NCBI GenBank assembly: GCA_041576165.1
Contig: JBFGLM010000015.1
Coordinates: 1 to 64,000 of the forward strand
From: Acidimicrobiia bacterium
GTDB lineage: Bacteria > Actinomycetota > Acidimicrobiia > Spongiisociales > Spongiisociaceae
Direction of reading: 5' to 3'
DNA length: 64,000 nucleotides
The notes beneath the pieces are model-generated. The model was not told the origin of the DNA, did not search any database, and saw only the letters and a program-made list of their open reading frames with translations. The stretch's first letter is position 1. Every line of letters begins with the position of its first letter. Shown here one piece after another: positions 19,764 through 29,198 of the stretch. A program made the translations under genes and the position numbers.

Positions 19764-20450
19764 ATGAAACGAGTTCTGGTCGTCGAGGACGAACTGCGAA
19801 TTGCCCGTTTGGTGCGGGATTACCTGCGCCAAGCGGGCTTCGACGTCCTCGAGGCGACGGATGGGGCCAGCGCCCTCTCACTGGCCCGGAGCGAGAAGCC
19901 CGACATGATCGTCCTCGACATCGGGCTGCCCGGCCTCGACGGGTTGGATGTGACCCGCAAGCTGCGGGCCACCTCGTCGGTTCCGATCATCATGCTGACC
20001 GCCCGCACCGACGAGTCCGACCGCATCGTGGGCCTCGAACTGGGCGCAGATGACTACGTCACCAAGCCGTTCAGTCCGAAGGAACTCGTGGCCCGGATCC
20101 GGGCCGTGCTGCGGCGGGCCGACGCAACTCTCGGCGGTGGCGAGATTGTGCGGGCCGGACCGCTGACGATCAACATTCCCAAACGCACGGTCACATTGCA
20201 GGATGCCGAGATCGAGCTGACCTCGACGGAGTTCGACCTGCTGCTCACCATGGGCCGCCAGCCCGGAAGGGTCTATACGCGAGCGCAGCTGCTGGACGCC
20301 GTGCATGGTGTTTCATTCGAATCCGATTCCTACGAACGTTCGATCGACGCGCACATCAAGAACATCCGCCGCAAGATCGAACCGGATCCCCGGCACCCGT
20401 CATTGATCAAGACTGTGTACGGGCTGGGCTACAAGTTCGCTGATGCCTGA
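19764..20450 (+). CDS. OmpR-family response regulator
   Basis: VVEDE, LDIGLP, KPFSPKEL and a winged-helix C-terminus. Confidence 0.95.
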   Translation: MKRVLVVEDELRIARLVRDYLRQAGFDVLEATDGASALSLARSEKPDMIVLDIGLPGLDGLDVTRKLRATSSVPIIMLTARTDESDRIVGLELGADDYVTKPFSPKELVARIRAVLRRADATLGGGEIVRAGPLTINIPKRTVTLQDAEIELTSTEFDLLLTMGRQPGRVYTRAQLLDAVHGVSFESDSYERSIDAHIKNIRRKIEPDPRHPSLIKTVYGLGYKFADA

Positions 20451-21573
20451 TCCTCGCTGGCACACCCGGATGCGCTTCAGCCAACCCGAGGCCGACTGGT
20501 CGGAGTGGAAGGCATGGCGGGCGGGCGGCAGTTGGTGGCACGGCCAGCCCTCCGGTTGGGCATGGCGAGGTGTGGCCCGTCGGATGTTCATCGGCTTCGC
20601 CGTATTCGTGGGGCTGGGCATGCTGACCATGGTGCTGCTCGGTGTGGCCCTGGCCGGTGCGTTCGGCTCCGGCTGGGTCGCGGTGGCGCTGGCCCCGCTG
20701 GTGGTCATCGGCCTCGGACTGGCCGTATACCGCTGGGTAGCCGGTACCTGGCGACCGGTGGGCGACATCATGAACGCGGCTGGACGGCTGGCGGACGGAG
20801 ACTACGGCGTGCGGGTGACGACCCCCGGCTCGACCTCGTTGCGTCCCGTCGTGGCGTCGTTCAACGACATGGCGAAGCGACTCGAAACTGCCGACGAGCA
20901 GCGCCGGCGCTTATTGGCTGATCTCGGCCATGAACTCCGCACCCCGCTCACGGTGATCAGGGGCGAGATCGAAGCGATGCTGGACGGGATTCACACGCCG
21001 GACGCTGAGCACCTCGACTTGCTGCTGGATGAGGTGCGGGTGATGGAACGGCTACTCGAGGACCTGCAGACCCTGAGCCTGGCCGAGTCCGGTGCGCTGG
21101 CTCTCCACCCCGAGCCGACCGACCTGGTGGATCTGGTGGCCGACGTGGCGGAGAGTTACCGGCGTTCCGCTCTCGAGGCGGGGGTCGAGATAGCTTTTGT
21201 CGGTGAACCGACGCTGCCCGACATCGTCGCCGACCCGGTCCGGATACGAGAGGTCGTCACCAACCTGATCGGCAATGCCCTTCGGGCCATGCCCGACGGT
21301 GGTGATCTCACCCTCTCTGTGACCGCTCGCGACGGTGTGTACGAGATAGCCGTGCTCGACTCTGGCGTGGGCATCGAACCTGGCGATCTCGAGCAGGTCT
21401 TCGACCGTTTCCACAAGGGCAGCACCTCCAGAGGATCGGGGTTGGGTTTGACGATCTCTCGCGATCTGGTCGAGGCCCACGGCGGCACGATCAGCGTCGA
21501 GTCCGAACCGGACGCCGGCACACGGGCGACGGTCTCCCTTCCTGCCCGTCCGGATCGCTCCGGTACCGCGTAG
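20443..21573 (+). CDS. Sensor histidine kinase (HAMP, BaeS-like)
   Basis: HELRTPL, NLIGNA, DSGVGI and GSGLGL motifs. Two TM helices with a short loop. Confidence 0.94.
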   Translation: MPDPRWHTRMRFSQPEADWSEWKAWRAGGSWWHGQPSGWAWRGVARRMFIGFAVFVGLGMLTMVLLGVALAGAFGSGWVAVALAPLVVIGLGLAVYRWVAGTWRPVGDIMNAAGRLADGDYGVRVTTPGSTSLRPVVASFNDMAKRLETADEQRRRLLADLGHELRTPLTVIRGEIEAMLDGIHTPDAEHLDLLLDEVRVMERLLEDLQTLSLAESGALALHPEPTDLVDLVADVAESYRRSALEAGVEIAFVGEPTLPDIVADPVRIREVVTNLIGNALRAMPDGGDLTLSVTARDGVYEIAVLDSGVGIEPGDLEQVFDRFHKGSTSRGSGLGLTISRDLVEAHGGTISVESEPDAGTRATVSLPARPDRSGTA

Positions 21574-21617
21574 GTTCCGCAATCTTGTGTTGCCCCCTGC
21601 GCTGATCCGGTCGGCCC

Positions 21618-21683
21618 TTGACTTCGGGGTTGTTTGAGCATATGCTCAAATGAATTGAGCAAATGCTCAAAGCATATGCTCAA
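21618..21683 (+). promoter_or_regulatory. Sigma70 promoter overlapped by a triple palindromic operator (probably TetR)
   Basis: TTGACT(21618)-17-TATGCT(21641). Perfect palindrome TTTGAGCATATGCTCAAA at 21633-21650, TTGAGCAAATGCTCAA at 21655-21670 and partial AGCATATGCTCAA at 21671-21683. Confidence 0.85.
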
Positions 21684-21739
21684 CCGATGCGCCAGGGAGT
21701 GCCGTACGAGGCGGCGCTCCGCGACCGGAAAGGAGCGCC

Positions 21740-22156
21740 ATGGACCACATCGTGTTCATCTACCTCATCTACACCGCCGTCAGCATCGGCCTCACGGTCT
21801 GGCTGGCCCGGACGCTGTATCGAAACGGGGCCGTGTTCCTGAGCGACGTGTTCGAGGATCGACCGTATCTCGCCGACGCAACCAACCGCCTGCTGGTCGT
21901 CGGCTTCTACATGCTGAATCTCGGCTACGCGTTCCTGATCCTGCGCCGGCCCGATGCCGCCTCCGCGTCGGAAGCGGTTCATTTCCTGATCGAGCGGCTG
22001 GGCTTGCTGCTGGTCTCACTGGGTGTCATCCACTTCGTGAACATGCTCGTGTTCTGGAACATCCGCAAGCGGGTGGCGCTGGAGTCGGCGCCATTGCCGG
22101 TTCATCCCCAGGCCGTACTCCCCCAGCCCGCGGACTGCGACCCGTTCCCGGCATGA
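21740..22156 (+). CDS. Small integral membrane protein
   Basis: Three hydrophobic segments, NRLLVVGFYMLNLG. RBS AAGGAG. Confidence 0.8.
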   Translation: MDHIVFIYLIYTAVSIGLTVWLARTLYRNGAVFLSDVFEDRPYLADATNRLLVVGFYMLNLGYAFLILRRPDAASASEAVHFLIERLGLLLVSLGVIHFVNMLVFWNIRKRVALESAPLPVHPQAVLPQPADCDPFPA

Positions 22157-22566
22157 AGGACCATCCCCGGCGCTTGACGGTGCTCTACGACGAGACCTGT
22201 GCCCTCTGTCGTCGGGCCCGGGATTGGCTCCTCGGCGAGCCGACCTATATCGAGCTAGAACTCCTGGCCGCCGGCTCCCCGGCGGCCAGGGAGCGGTTTG
22301 GAAATCTGGAGCGGAACGGTCAAGAGCTGGTAGTCGTGGCCGACGACGGCCGGGCGTGGATCGGACCGTCGGCGTTTCTCATCGCCATGTGGAGCACGCG
22401 GCGGTGGCGGGCCTGGTCGTACCGGCTCAGCTCTTCGGCCTTCGCCCCGCTGGCAGAGCGCTTCTTCAAATTGGTGTCGTCGAAGCGCAGGCAGCTGGGT
22501 GCTCTACTATCCAGCGACCCGGAATGCGACTGGTGTGTAGCCGACGCACGGGGGAATCCTGAATGA
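22153..22566 (+). CDS. DCC1-like thiol-disulfide oxidoreductase (DUF393)
   Basis: VLYDETCALC (DxxCxxC). ATGA overlap with the upstream gene. Confidence 0.88.
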   Translation: MKDHPRRLTVLYDETCALCRRARDWLLGEPTYIELELLAAGSPAARERFGNLERNGQELVVVADDGRAWIGPSAFLIAMWSTRRWRAWSYRLSSSAFAPLAERFFKLVSSKRRQLGALLSSDPECDWCVADARGNPE

Positions 22567-23192
22567 AGGGCATCATGCCGGCGACGACGGACCCAGGCGA
22601 GAGCACCCGCCACAAGATCATGCAAGCCGCGCTCGACACGCTGCGGGTCGAGGGAATCCGCGGCACCAGTGCGCGGGCGATCGCCCGCCACGGTGGCTTC
22701 AACCAGGCGCTGATCTTCTATCACTTCGGCAGCGTCAACGATCTGCTGCTGGAGGCGGCGGTCGCCGATTCCACTGCCCGGGTCGAGGCCTACCGGCGCC
22801 AGTTGGAAGGTTTGAGCTCGCTGCCGGAGCTGGCCGCCGTGGCCCGTCAGCTGTCGGAGCGTGACACCAGCGAGGGCGGGATCACGGTTGTGACCCAGCT
22901 GCTGGCGGGCGCCTTGGGCGACCCGGAAATCGGCCGCCGGCTGATGCAGGGTTTCGAGCCCTGGATCGAGGTGGTGGCGACGGCCCTGCGCCGAACGCTG
23001 GAGGGCACCGGATTCGAAGACGTGCTGCCGATCGAAGACATGGCCTTTGCCGTAGTCGGACTGTTCCTCGGGATCGAGCTGTTGACCCGGCTGGATCCCG
23101 AGCGGGCCCCGAGCGAGTCGCTGTTTGCGACGTTCGACAGCCTGGGAGCTCTCATGGAGGGGTTCATCGGTCCTCTGCGAGATCAGAGCTGA
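22563..23192 (+). CDS. TetR-family regulator
   Basis: TSARAIARHGGFNQALIFYHFGS HTH. Confidence 0.92.
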   Translation: MKGIMPATTDPGESTRHKIMQAALDTLRVEGIRGTSARAIARHGGFNQALIFYHFGSVNDLLLEAAVADSTARVEAYRRQLEGLSSLPELAAVARQLSERDTSEGGITVVTQLLAGALGDPEIGRRLMQGFEPWIEVVATALRRTLEGTGFEDVLPIEDMAFAVVGLFLGIELLTRLDPERAPSESLFATFDSLGALMEGFIGPLRDQS

Positions 23193-23210
23193 CGAGATCC
23201 ACGCGACGGC

Positions 23211-24299
23211 TCATGCCGTCCCGACCCCCAAATGCTCTGCCATCCAATCAACTGCCTGCGGCATCCACGTGTACGGGAGGTTGTTCAGGCCGTGATTGCC
23301 GGCTGGAACCAGCACAAACTCGCCGTTTGCTTCCTGTGCCAGCCGCTCGCCTTGCGACCAGGGGATCAGCGGGTCCAACTCACCATGGAAAACGATCAAC
23401 GGGGTGCGGATCTGCGCCGCTACCCCGGCCAGAGTGAAGGCGGAGGCTCGCTCCCCCGCGTCGGCCAGGTCGGCTGTGCCCGCATAGTGGGCAAACGCCT
23501 CGCGGGTGACCACCGGCAGCTCGCTCCAACAGGCCCCCCAGTCGTACGGGCCACAGTTGGCGACGGTTGCCCGGACCCGCCGCTCGAATGCCGCGGCCCG
23601 GGGAGCGTAATACCCGGCCAGACTGGCGCCGACCACGCCGACCCGGACTGGATCGAGCTGCGGGCGGGTCTCGATCCAATCGAGAGCTGCGCTGACCGCT
23701 ACTTCGTAGTCGGGCCTGACCACCGACCAGCGACTCGCCTCTCCCTGCCCGGGACCGTCCATGCTGAGTATTGCGAAACCACGGTCGATCCATCGTGATC
23801 GCCCGCCGTGGCGAGTCTCCTTGGTGGAGTCCAGTCCGGGAAGCAGGATCACGACGGGGTGGGGTCCCGGGCCGGGAGGCACGCTCAGCAACCCCACGCA
23901 GCGAGTGCCGTCGGTGCCGAACTCGACTTTGGCGACCGCCGGGCGTAGGTGAGGCAACGCCTGCTCGTAGGTCTCGAGCATTTTCGCCAGGCCCTGTTCG
24001 TGCAAGGCCGGATCGCGGGTGGCTACGAAGTAGGCCAGGTGGTAGCAACGAGACGCCAGCAGGTAAGCCTCGGTCGCGCTGGCCCGCCTACCCGAAGCGG
24101 CGAGTGCATCGGCCCTGCCCTCATGCCCGGCCGCAGTGCTCATCCATTCAGGAGCCCAGTCGTCCCAGGACGCCATTCGACGGACGGTGGCGGTGAGATC
24201 CCCGATCGGCACTCCGCCCGCCAGAAACCGCGGCGTCCAGATGTCGAGGACCTCCTGAACGACCGAGTCGGCGTGGGTCAGACCCTCAGCAATGCCCAC
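23211..24299 (-). CDS. Alpha/beta hydrolase, 2,6-dihydroxypseudooxynicotine hydrolase-like
   Basis: PGLDSTKE, DGPGQGE, GASLAGYY, HGELD and GNHG motifs. Confidence 0.87.
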   Translation of the reverse strand: MGIAEGLTHADSVVQEVLDIWTPRFLAGGVPIGDLTATVRRMASWDDWAPEWMSTAAGHEGRADALAASGRRASATEAYLLASRCYHLAYFVATRDPALHEQGLAKMLETYEQALPHLRPAVAKVEFGTDGTRCVGLLSVPPGPGPHPVVILLPGLDSTKETRHGGRSRWIDRGFAILSMDGPGQGEASRWSVVRPDYEVAVSAALDWIETRPQLDPVRVGVVGASLAGYYAPRAAAFERRVRATVANCGPYDWGACWSELPVVTREAFAHYAGTADLADAGERASAFTLAGVAAQIRTPLIVFHGELDPLIPWSQGERLAQEANGEFVLVPAGNHGLNNLPYTWMPQAVDWMAEHLGVGTA

Positions 24300-24317
24300 T
24301 GCTCGATCCGACCGTGC

Positions 24318-25379
24318 TCACGCCGACGCCACCCCAACTGCGTCGAGGAACGGCTTCACCTCGATCGACCTGCCGCCTTGGTGATTGGACTCGATCGCGC
24401 TGTGCACTACCGCCAGGGCCCGGATCGCGGCGTCGGCGTCAACCTCGATCTCCGCTTGCCCCCGGATGGCGAGACCGAACTCCTCCAGTTGTTCCCGGAA
24501 CATGTCGGTGGGCGCCAGGGCTACCGGGGTCCGTTCCTGCTGACCGTACGCTTGTGACACCAGCGTGGAATACGCGTCGGCTTCGTGCGACTCGTCCCAG
24601 TGGGTGAAATCGAGGTCATACATCAGGTTCTGCTTCGTGCCTTGCAGCCGGATTTGGTAGATACCAGGCGACGCCCAACCGCAACCGAGGTAACCCAGCG
24701 CACCAGACTCGAACTCCAGAATCGCCATCGTCGCGTCGGGGACCTCTGACTTGGTGAACAGTTTGCGCTGGTGGGCGCTGACTGCGACGACCGGCCCCAG
24801 CAGATACTGGAGGTTGTCGGCGTGGTGAACGCCCAGCTGGATCAGCGGGCCACCGGGGGTCTTCGAGAGATACCAGCGCCACGTCTCGGGAGTCAGCTCG
24901 AGGCCACGCTCGTTGGAGAAGTTGGCTTCGGCAAGGGTCACACCCCCCAACGTGCCGTCTTCGATCCAGCGTTTCATCGTCCGGCAGCCGGACAGTCGGC
25001 GGGCGCTGTGGCCGACTGCGAAAACGGCGCCAGCTGCTTCCACCACCTGCTTGATGGACAGCGCGTCTTCGAGGGTCTGGGCAATCGGCTTGTCGGTATA
25101 GACGCCCTTGCCGGCATCGACCGCCATCGCAATCACCTCGCGATGGGTGTCGTTGGGCGTCGTGATGATCACGCCCTCGACGTCGGGATCGGCCAGCAGC
25201 TCCTCATACGTCGCCGCAGCTCGCGGCACACCGAAATCCTCCTGGAAGGCGCGGCGCCGCTCCTCATTGCGCGTAAAGCACGAAAACAGCTGGACCGTGT
25301 CGCTGCGCTGGATGCCTTTCGCCAGCACCCGCGCCCAGCGTCCCAGGCCCACCGACGCCAGCCGCACCGGATCACTCAT
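24318..25379 (-). CDS. Gfo/Idh/MocA oxidoreductase
   Basis: VGLGRWA, TPNDTH, DKPIA and GGPLIQLGVH motifs. Confidence 0.9.
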   Translation of the reverse strand: MSDPVRLASVGLGRWARVLAKGIQRSDTVQLFSCFTRNEERRRAFQEDFGVPRAAATYEELLADPDVEGVIITTPNDTHREVIAMAVDAGKGVYTDKPIAQTLEDALSIKQVVEAAGAVFAVGHSARRLSGCRTMKRWIEDGTLGGVTLAEANFSNERGLELTPETWRWYLSKTPGGPLIQLGVHHADNLQYLLGPVVAVSAHQRKLFTKSEVPDATMAILEFESGALGYLGCGWASPGIYQIRLQGTKQNLMYDLDFTHWDESHEADAYSTLVSQAYGQQERTPVALAPTDMFREQLEEFGLAIRGQAEIEVDADAAIRALAVVHSAIESNHQGGRSIEVKPFLDAVGVASA

Positions 25380-25401
25380 CTCACTGTTCTCCCCTTGCTA
25401 G

Positions 25402-25773
25402 TCATTGGTCTCTGACCACAGGAATGTCCGTTTCCACGAGGTTGGCGGCTAGGTCTGGGTGGGGGAAGAAACACATGAGCCGCATGGTTTGGCCGACGTC
25501 GGGCACCGTCGCATGGGCTGCACCAGCTGGAACCAAAACAACATCACCCGCCTCCACCGGATGCCGTTTTCCATCCACCCAGACACAGCCAGTCCCGGAT
25601 ATGACATAGATGACTTCCTCACTGTGAGGATGGCGGTGAGCGGTGCGGTCGGCCTCCCGGCGGAGTTCGACCAAACGCCCCGATGATTGCGTAGCCAGTC
25701 CGGCCAGGGGGTCTGCCGTGCGGCGGCCCGGCATGTCGACGAATTCCTGATCTATAGCTCTCGAAACCGTCAT
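25402..25773 (-). CDS. Cupin domain protein
   Basis: HRHPHSEE and PAGAAH motifs. Confidence 0.88.
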   Translation of the reverse strand: MTVSRAIDQEFVDMPGRRTADPLAGLATQSSGRLVELRREADRTAHRHPHSEEVIYVISGTGCVWVDGKRHPVEAGDVVLVPAGAAHATVPDVGQTMRLMCFFPHPDLAANLVETDIPVVRDQ

Positions 25774-26528
25774 GACCGGCGCAACTCGAAGATTCCATGG
25801 ACCTGTTTCACGACCTCGGTCGCGACCGTAGTCGCGAACTCGGCCGCCAGCGTCTCGACCGCCCAGGACGGGTCCCCATACCAGCCCTCGGCGTCGATCT
25901 CGGTGACGTCGGTGATGTAGCCGTACACCTCATGGCCCCGCCGCATCTCATCCAGCGCCGCGGCCATGACCGGTCGAGTCGCCTTGCCTGCTCGGTCGAC
26001 GTGGACCAGAGCGGGGTCGTGAGCCATCACGGCCAGGACCTCGATGCCACCGCCATGGGTCAATTCACCTCCGCGGGCCGCATAGACCCGTTGCGCGGTG
26101 TAACAGGCGTGGGCGGTGGCGATATATACACCGTTGTGCCGGTCCTGGACCTCGGTCGCGACACTGTCGATGGACGCGATATTGCCCTCGTGCCAGTTGA
26201 CGAAGACGAAATAGCGGATGCCCATCGCCGCGAGCTCGGCACAAATATCGGTGAGCAGTGCCTCGAAGGTCGCGCGGCGAAGATTGATGGTTCCTGGATG
26301 GCCGGCGTGGATCGGCGTGATGCCGTACGGGCCGAACGGCACGAACAGCGCGTGCATCTCGTCCGCTACTGCGGCGCCGACGAGCTCGGCTGCGATGGTG
26401 TCCGTGCCGTTCGGGAGGTGCGGTCCGTGTTGTTCGATGCTGCCGAACGGGATGACGGCGGTGGCAGACCGCGCAATCAGTTCGGCCACCTCCGGGCTGG
26501 TCAGATTCGAGATCGAGCGTCCGCTCAT
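25770..26528 (-). CDS. Creatininase family amidohydrolase
   Basis: EQHGPHLP.GTD, NWHEGN and HGGGIE motifs. Confidence 0.92.
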   Translation of the reverse strand: MSGRSISNLTSPEVAELIARSATAVIPFGSIEQHGPHLPNGTDTIAAELVGAAVADEMHALFVPFGPYGITPIHAGHPGTINLRRATFEALLTDICAELAAMGIRYFVFVNWHEGNIASIDSVATEVQDRHNGVYIATAHACYTAQRVYAARGGELTHGGGIEVLAVMAHDPALVHVDRAGKATRPVMAAALDEMRRGHEVYGYITDVTEIDAEGWYGDPSWAVETLAAEFATTVATEVVKQVHGIFELRRS

Positions 26529-26687
26529 CGGGGGCCCGCCGACACCTTCGCCGGCGCCCGGCCGCTGATCGGGCGTCGTACCGTTCGGTTGGCCTGATAG
26601 TCGAGCGGCAGCTCGATGTGGCAGGTAGTGGCTGGTTTCACCCAGATTCCTCCCGTGTGCGGACCGCCGCCGGGTTGCGGACGGTCT

Positions 26688-26701
26688 CGCAATCGATTGC
26701 A
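26688..26701. promoter_or_regulatory. LacI-type operator site 5 (CGCAATCGATTGCA)
   Basis: Near-perfect palindrome upstream of the creatininase-cupin-Gfo-hydrolase operon. Confidence 0.85.
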
Positions 26702-26722
26702 GACTGCGGTGCTGAGGCTACC

Positions 26723-27745
26723 TCATGGGACCAGCACGTCGCGCCCCACGACGGTACCCGCGAGCAGTCGGTTGAACGCACGGTCGACCTCGTCGAGTCC
26801 GAACACCTGGTCGACGACGGGGCCGATATGACCGTCCAGGACCAGCCGGACCGTCTGCACGATCTCTTGCACGGAGACGTTGCGAGAGCCGAGGATCTCC
26901 CACTCGTTGCGGTACACCTCGTGAGGGTCAACCTGCCACACGCTTCCCGAGTGGGACCCAACCACCACCATCCGGCCGCCCTTGGTCAGGGATGCCAGCG
27001 TCTCGGACATGGTGGCCGGACCCACCAACTCGAGGACCGCATCCACCCCGACGCCGCCGGTCCACTCGCGGGCCGCCTCGGTGATCGAACCGTCCTCAGG
27101 ACGATGTATCGCCACGGCGCCCAACTCCCGTGCTCGCTGTAAACGGACGCCGGACACGTCGACCGCCATCACCTCGGCCCCCAGGTGCCGGGCGACTTGG
27201 ACGGCGTGAAGACCCACGCCACCGCCCGCCCCGGTGACGATCAGCCGCTCTCCCGGGCGGATGCGCATGCGCGCCCCGAGGGCGTGTACCGCAGTGCCGA
27301 TGACATTGGTGATGAGGGCCCCGGCCTCGAAACCAATCTGGTCCGGCAGGCGTACGAGGTTGCGCGCGGGCAACACCAGTTCGTCGGCGTACCCCCCCGG
27401 GATATCCAAGCCCACGTGACCTCGAAACTCCTGGCAAATCGTCTCCCGGCCGCTCACACAACGGTCGCATGTGCCGCACACCAGATACAACGAAGCTACG
27501 ACCCGGTGCCCGGCTCGCCACGACGCCACGTCGTCGTGCACTGCTGAAATCTCCCCGGCAATCTCATGACCCAGGATCAGCGGCACGCGGGCCCGGGGCC
27601 GCTTGCCGGCGGCGATCTCCACGTCGAACCGATCCACCCCGCAGGCACCCACCCGGACCCGTGCCTCGCCCGGGCCGGGCTCGGGTCTCGGCACGTCCTC
27701 GACCCTGGGGAATTCTCCAAACGTTCTAAGTACTGCGGCGCGCAT
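26723..27745 (-). CDS. Zn-dependent alcohol dehydrogenase (MDR)
   Basis: ACGV, GHEIAG, CGTCDRC...C and GAGGGVG motifs. Confidence 0.9.
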   Translation of the reverse strand: MRAAVLRTFGEFPRVEDVPRPEPGPGEARVRVGACGVDRFDVEIAAGKRPRARVPLILGHEIAGEISAVHDDVASWRAGHRVVASLYLVCGTCDRCVSGRETICQEFRGHVGLDIPGGYADELVLPARNLVRLPDQIGFEAGALITNVIGTAVHALGARMRIRPGERLIVTGAGGGVGLHAVQVARHLGAEVMAVDVSGVRLQRARELGAVAIHRPEDGSITEAAREWTGGVGVDAVLELVGPATMSETLASLTKGGRMVVVGSHSGSVWQVDPHEVYRNEWEILGSRNVSVQEIVQTVRLVLDGHIGPVVDQVFGLDEVDRAFNRLLAGTVVGRDVLVP

Positions 27746-27830
27746 CCACCACCTCGACCTGCCTTGTGAGCCCCGAAGCTATCGCATCCGACGCCGTGCC
27801 ACACTGGGTCGAGCTCGAGTGGAGATACGA

Positions 27831-28238
27831 ATGCAAGTAGAGGTGCACCAAATCGAAGGACGGCGGTTGACAATCCAGGCCCGCGGCGTGGAGACCATCG
27901 TTGACGACACCGTCGCCGACGGCGGTCCGGGCGACGGCTTCCGGCCGACAGAGCTACTGCTCGGTGGCCTGGGCGCGTGCATGATCGGCACCATGCTCAC
28001 TTTCGCCCGGAATCAGAACATCATGATCCACGGGGTGAGCATGACCCTCGAGGATGAGGCAAGCGAGCATCCGGAACGGATCGGTCGCATTCGGATCGCG
28101 ATGACCGTGCGGGCAGACGCCACCGACCGCCAGGTGGCTGCACTAGAGCGGGTGGCCCAGGCCTGTAAGATCCACAACACGCTCGAACGACCACCGCGCT
28201 TCGAGTTCGACTTCCACGTGCGCCGTGACGTCGCATAA
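27831..28238 (+). CDS. OsmC-family protein
   Basis: GGPGDGFRPTELLLGGLGAC and ACKIHNTL. ATG after GGAG. Confidence 0.87.
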   Translation: MQVEVHQIEGRRLTIQARGVETIVDDTVADGGPGDGFRPTELLLGGLGACMIGTMLTFARNQNIMIHGVSMTLEDEASEHPERIGRIRIAMTVRADATDRQVAALERVAQACKIHNTLERPPRFEFDFHVRRDVA

Positions 28239-29073
28239 CCCGGTCGTATCGCCGGATTGGTTGGAGGCCCGGCTCGGCGACCCAGATCTGGCCATCCTCG
28301 AGATCTCCCGCTACCAGCCCGACGAAGCGGCGTATTTCCGAGGCCACATCCCGGGTGCTCGCTACGTGTTTTGGAAGGACTTCTGCTGGGACGACACCGA
28401 GCGCCAGTTCCCGACTGCGACCGAGATGGCCAGGCGACTGTCTGCGCTGGGCGTCGGGGATGGGACCCGACTGGTTCTGGTTGGCGACACTATTCAGTTC
28501 GCGACCTACCCCTACTGGGTCCTGACCATGACCGGCCAGGAGCGGGATGTGTTCGTGCTGGACGGGGGGCATCAGACCTGGGAGATGGAGCAACGGCCTT
28601 CGATTCTGGACGTTCCGCCGGATCCCATCGCCCGTTCTCGTTCCCCGGGCGACGAGGACTGGTCATCACGCATCGGGCGCGACGAGGTGCTGGCCGGCAT
28701 CGGCCGGGCGGATCGGATGCTGCTCGACCTCCGCTCATCCGAGGAGTACCGCGGTGAGCGGGTTTCCCCGACGTCGATGGCATTCGATCACGGGGCCGAA
28801 CGAAAGGGCCGGATCCCCGGCGCCCGCCATCTGTACTACGAGCGTCTTCTGTCGGCGACGGGTACGTTCAAGCAGCCGTCCGATGTCGAGGTCGAACTGG
28901 CGGCCGCCGGGGTCGGCCCCGACGCAGAAATCGTCACGTACTGCCGACTCAGCCATCGCGCTTCGTTGGGCTGGTTGGTCCTCACACGGATCCTGCGCCG
29001 GTCCGGCGTGCGGGTGTATGACGGCTCCTGGACCGAATGGGGGTCAATGGTGGGCATGCCGATTGAGCGGTAG
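28225..29073 (+). CDS. Tandem-domain rhodanese/sulfurtransferase
   Basis: GHIPGA, LDGG, GRIPGA, active loop YCRLSHRA and YDGSWTEW. Confidence 0.93.
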   Translation: MTSHNPVVSPDWLEARLGDPDLAILEISRYQPDEAAYFRGHIPGARYVFWKDFCWDDTERQFPTATEMARRLSALGVGDGTRLVLVGDTIQFATYPYWVLTMTGQERDVFVLDGGHQTWEMEQRPSILDVPPDPIARSRSPGDEDWSSRIGRDEVLAGIGRADRMLLDLRSSEEYRGERVSPTSMAFDHGAERKGRIPGARHLYYERLLSATGTFKQPSDVEVELAAAGVGPDAEIVTYCRLSHRASLGWLVLTRILRRSGVRVYDGSWTEWGSMVGMPIER

Positions 29074-29198
29074 CCTTCCGGCGGCCGGCCGGCCCGTCCG
29101 GATCCGACTGCGGGAACGAACCGCAGAACCGGTACGATGGGCGCGTCGTTCCCGGACACCATTCGGTGCAACGTCGTCCCAATACACGCGAGGCGCAC

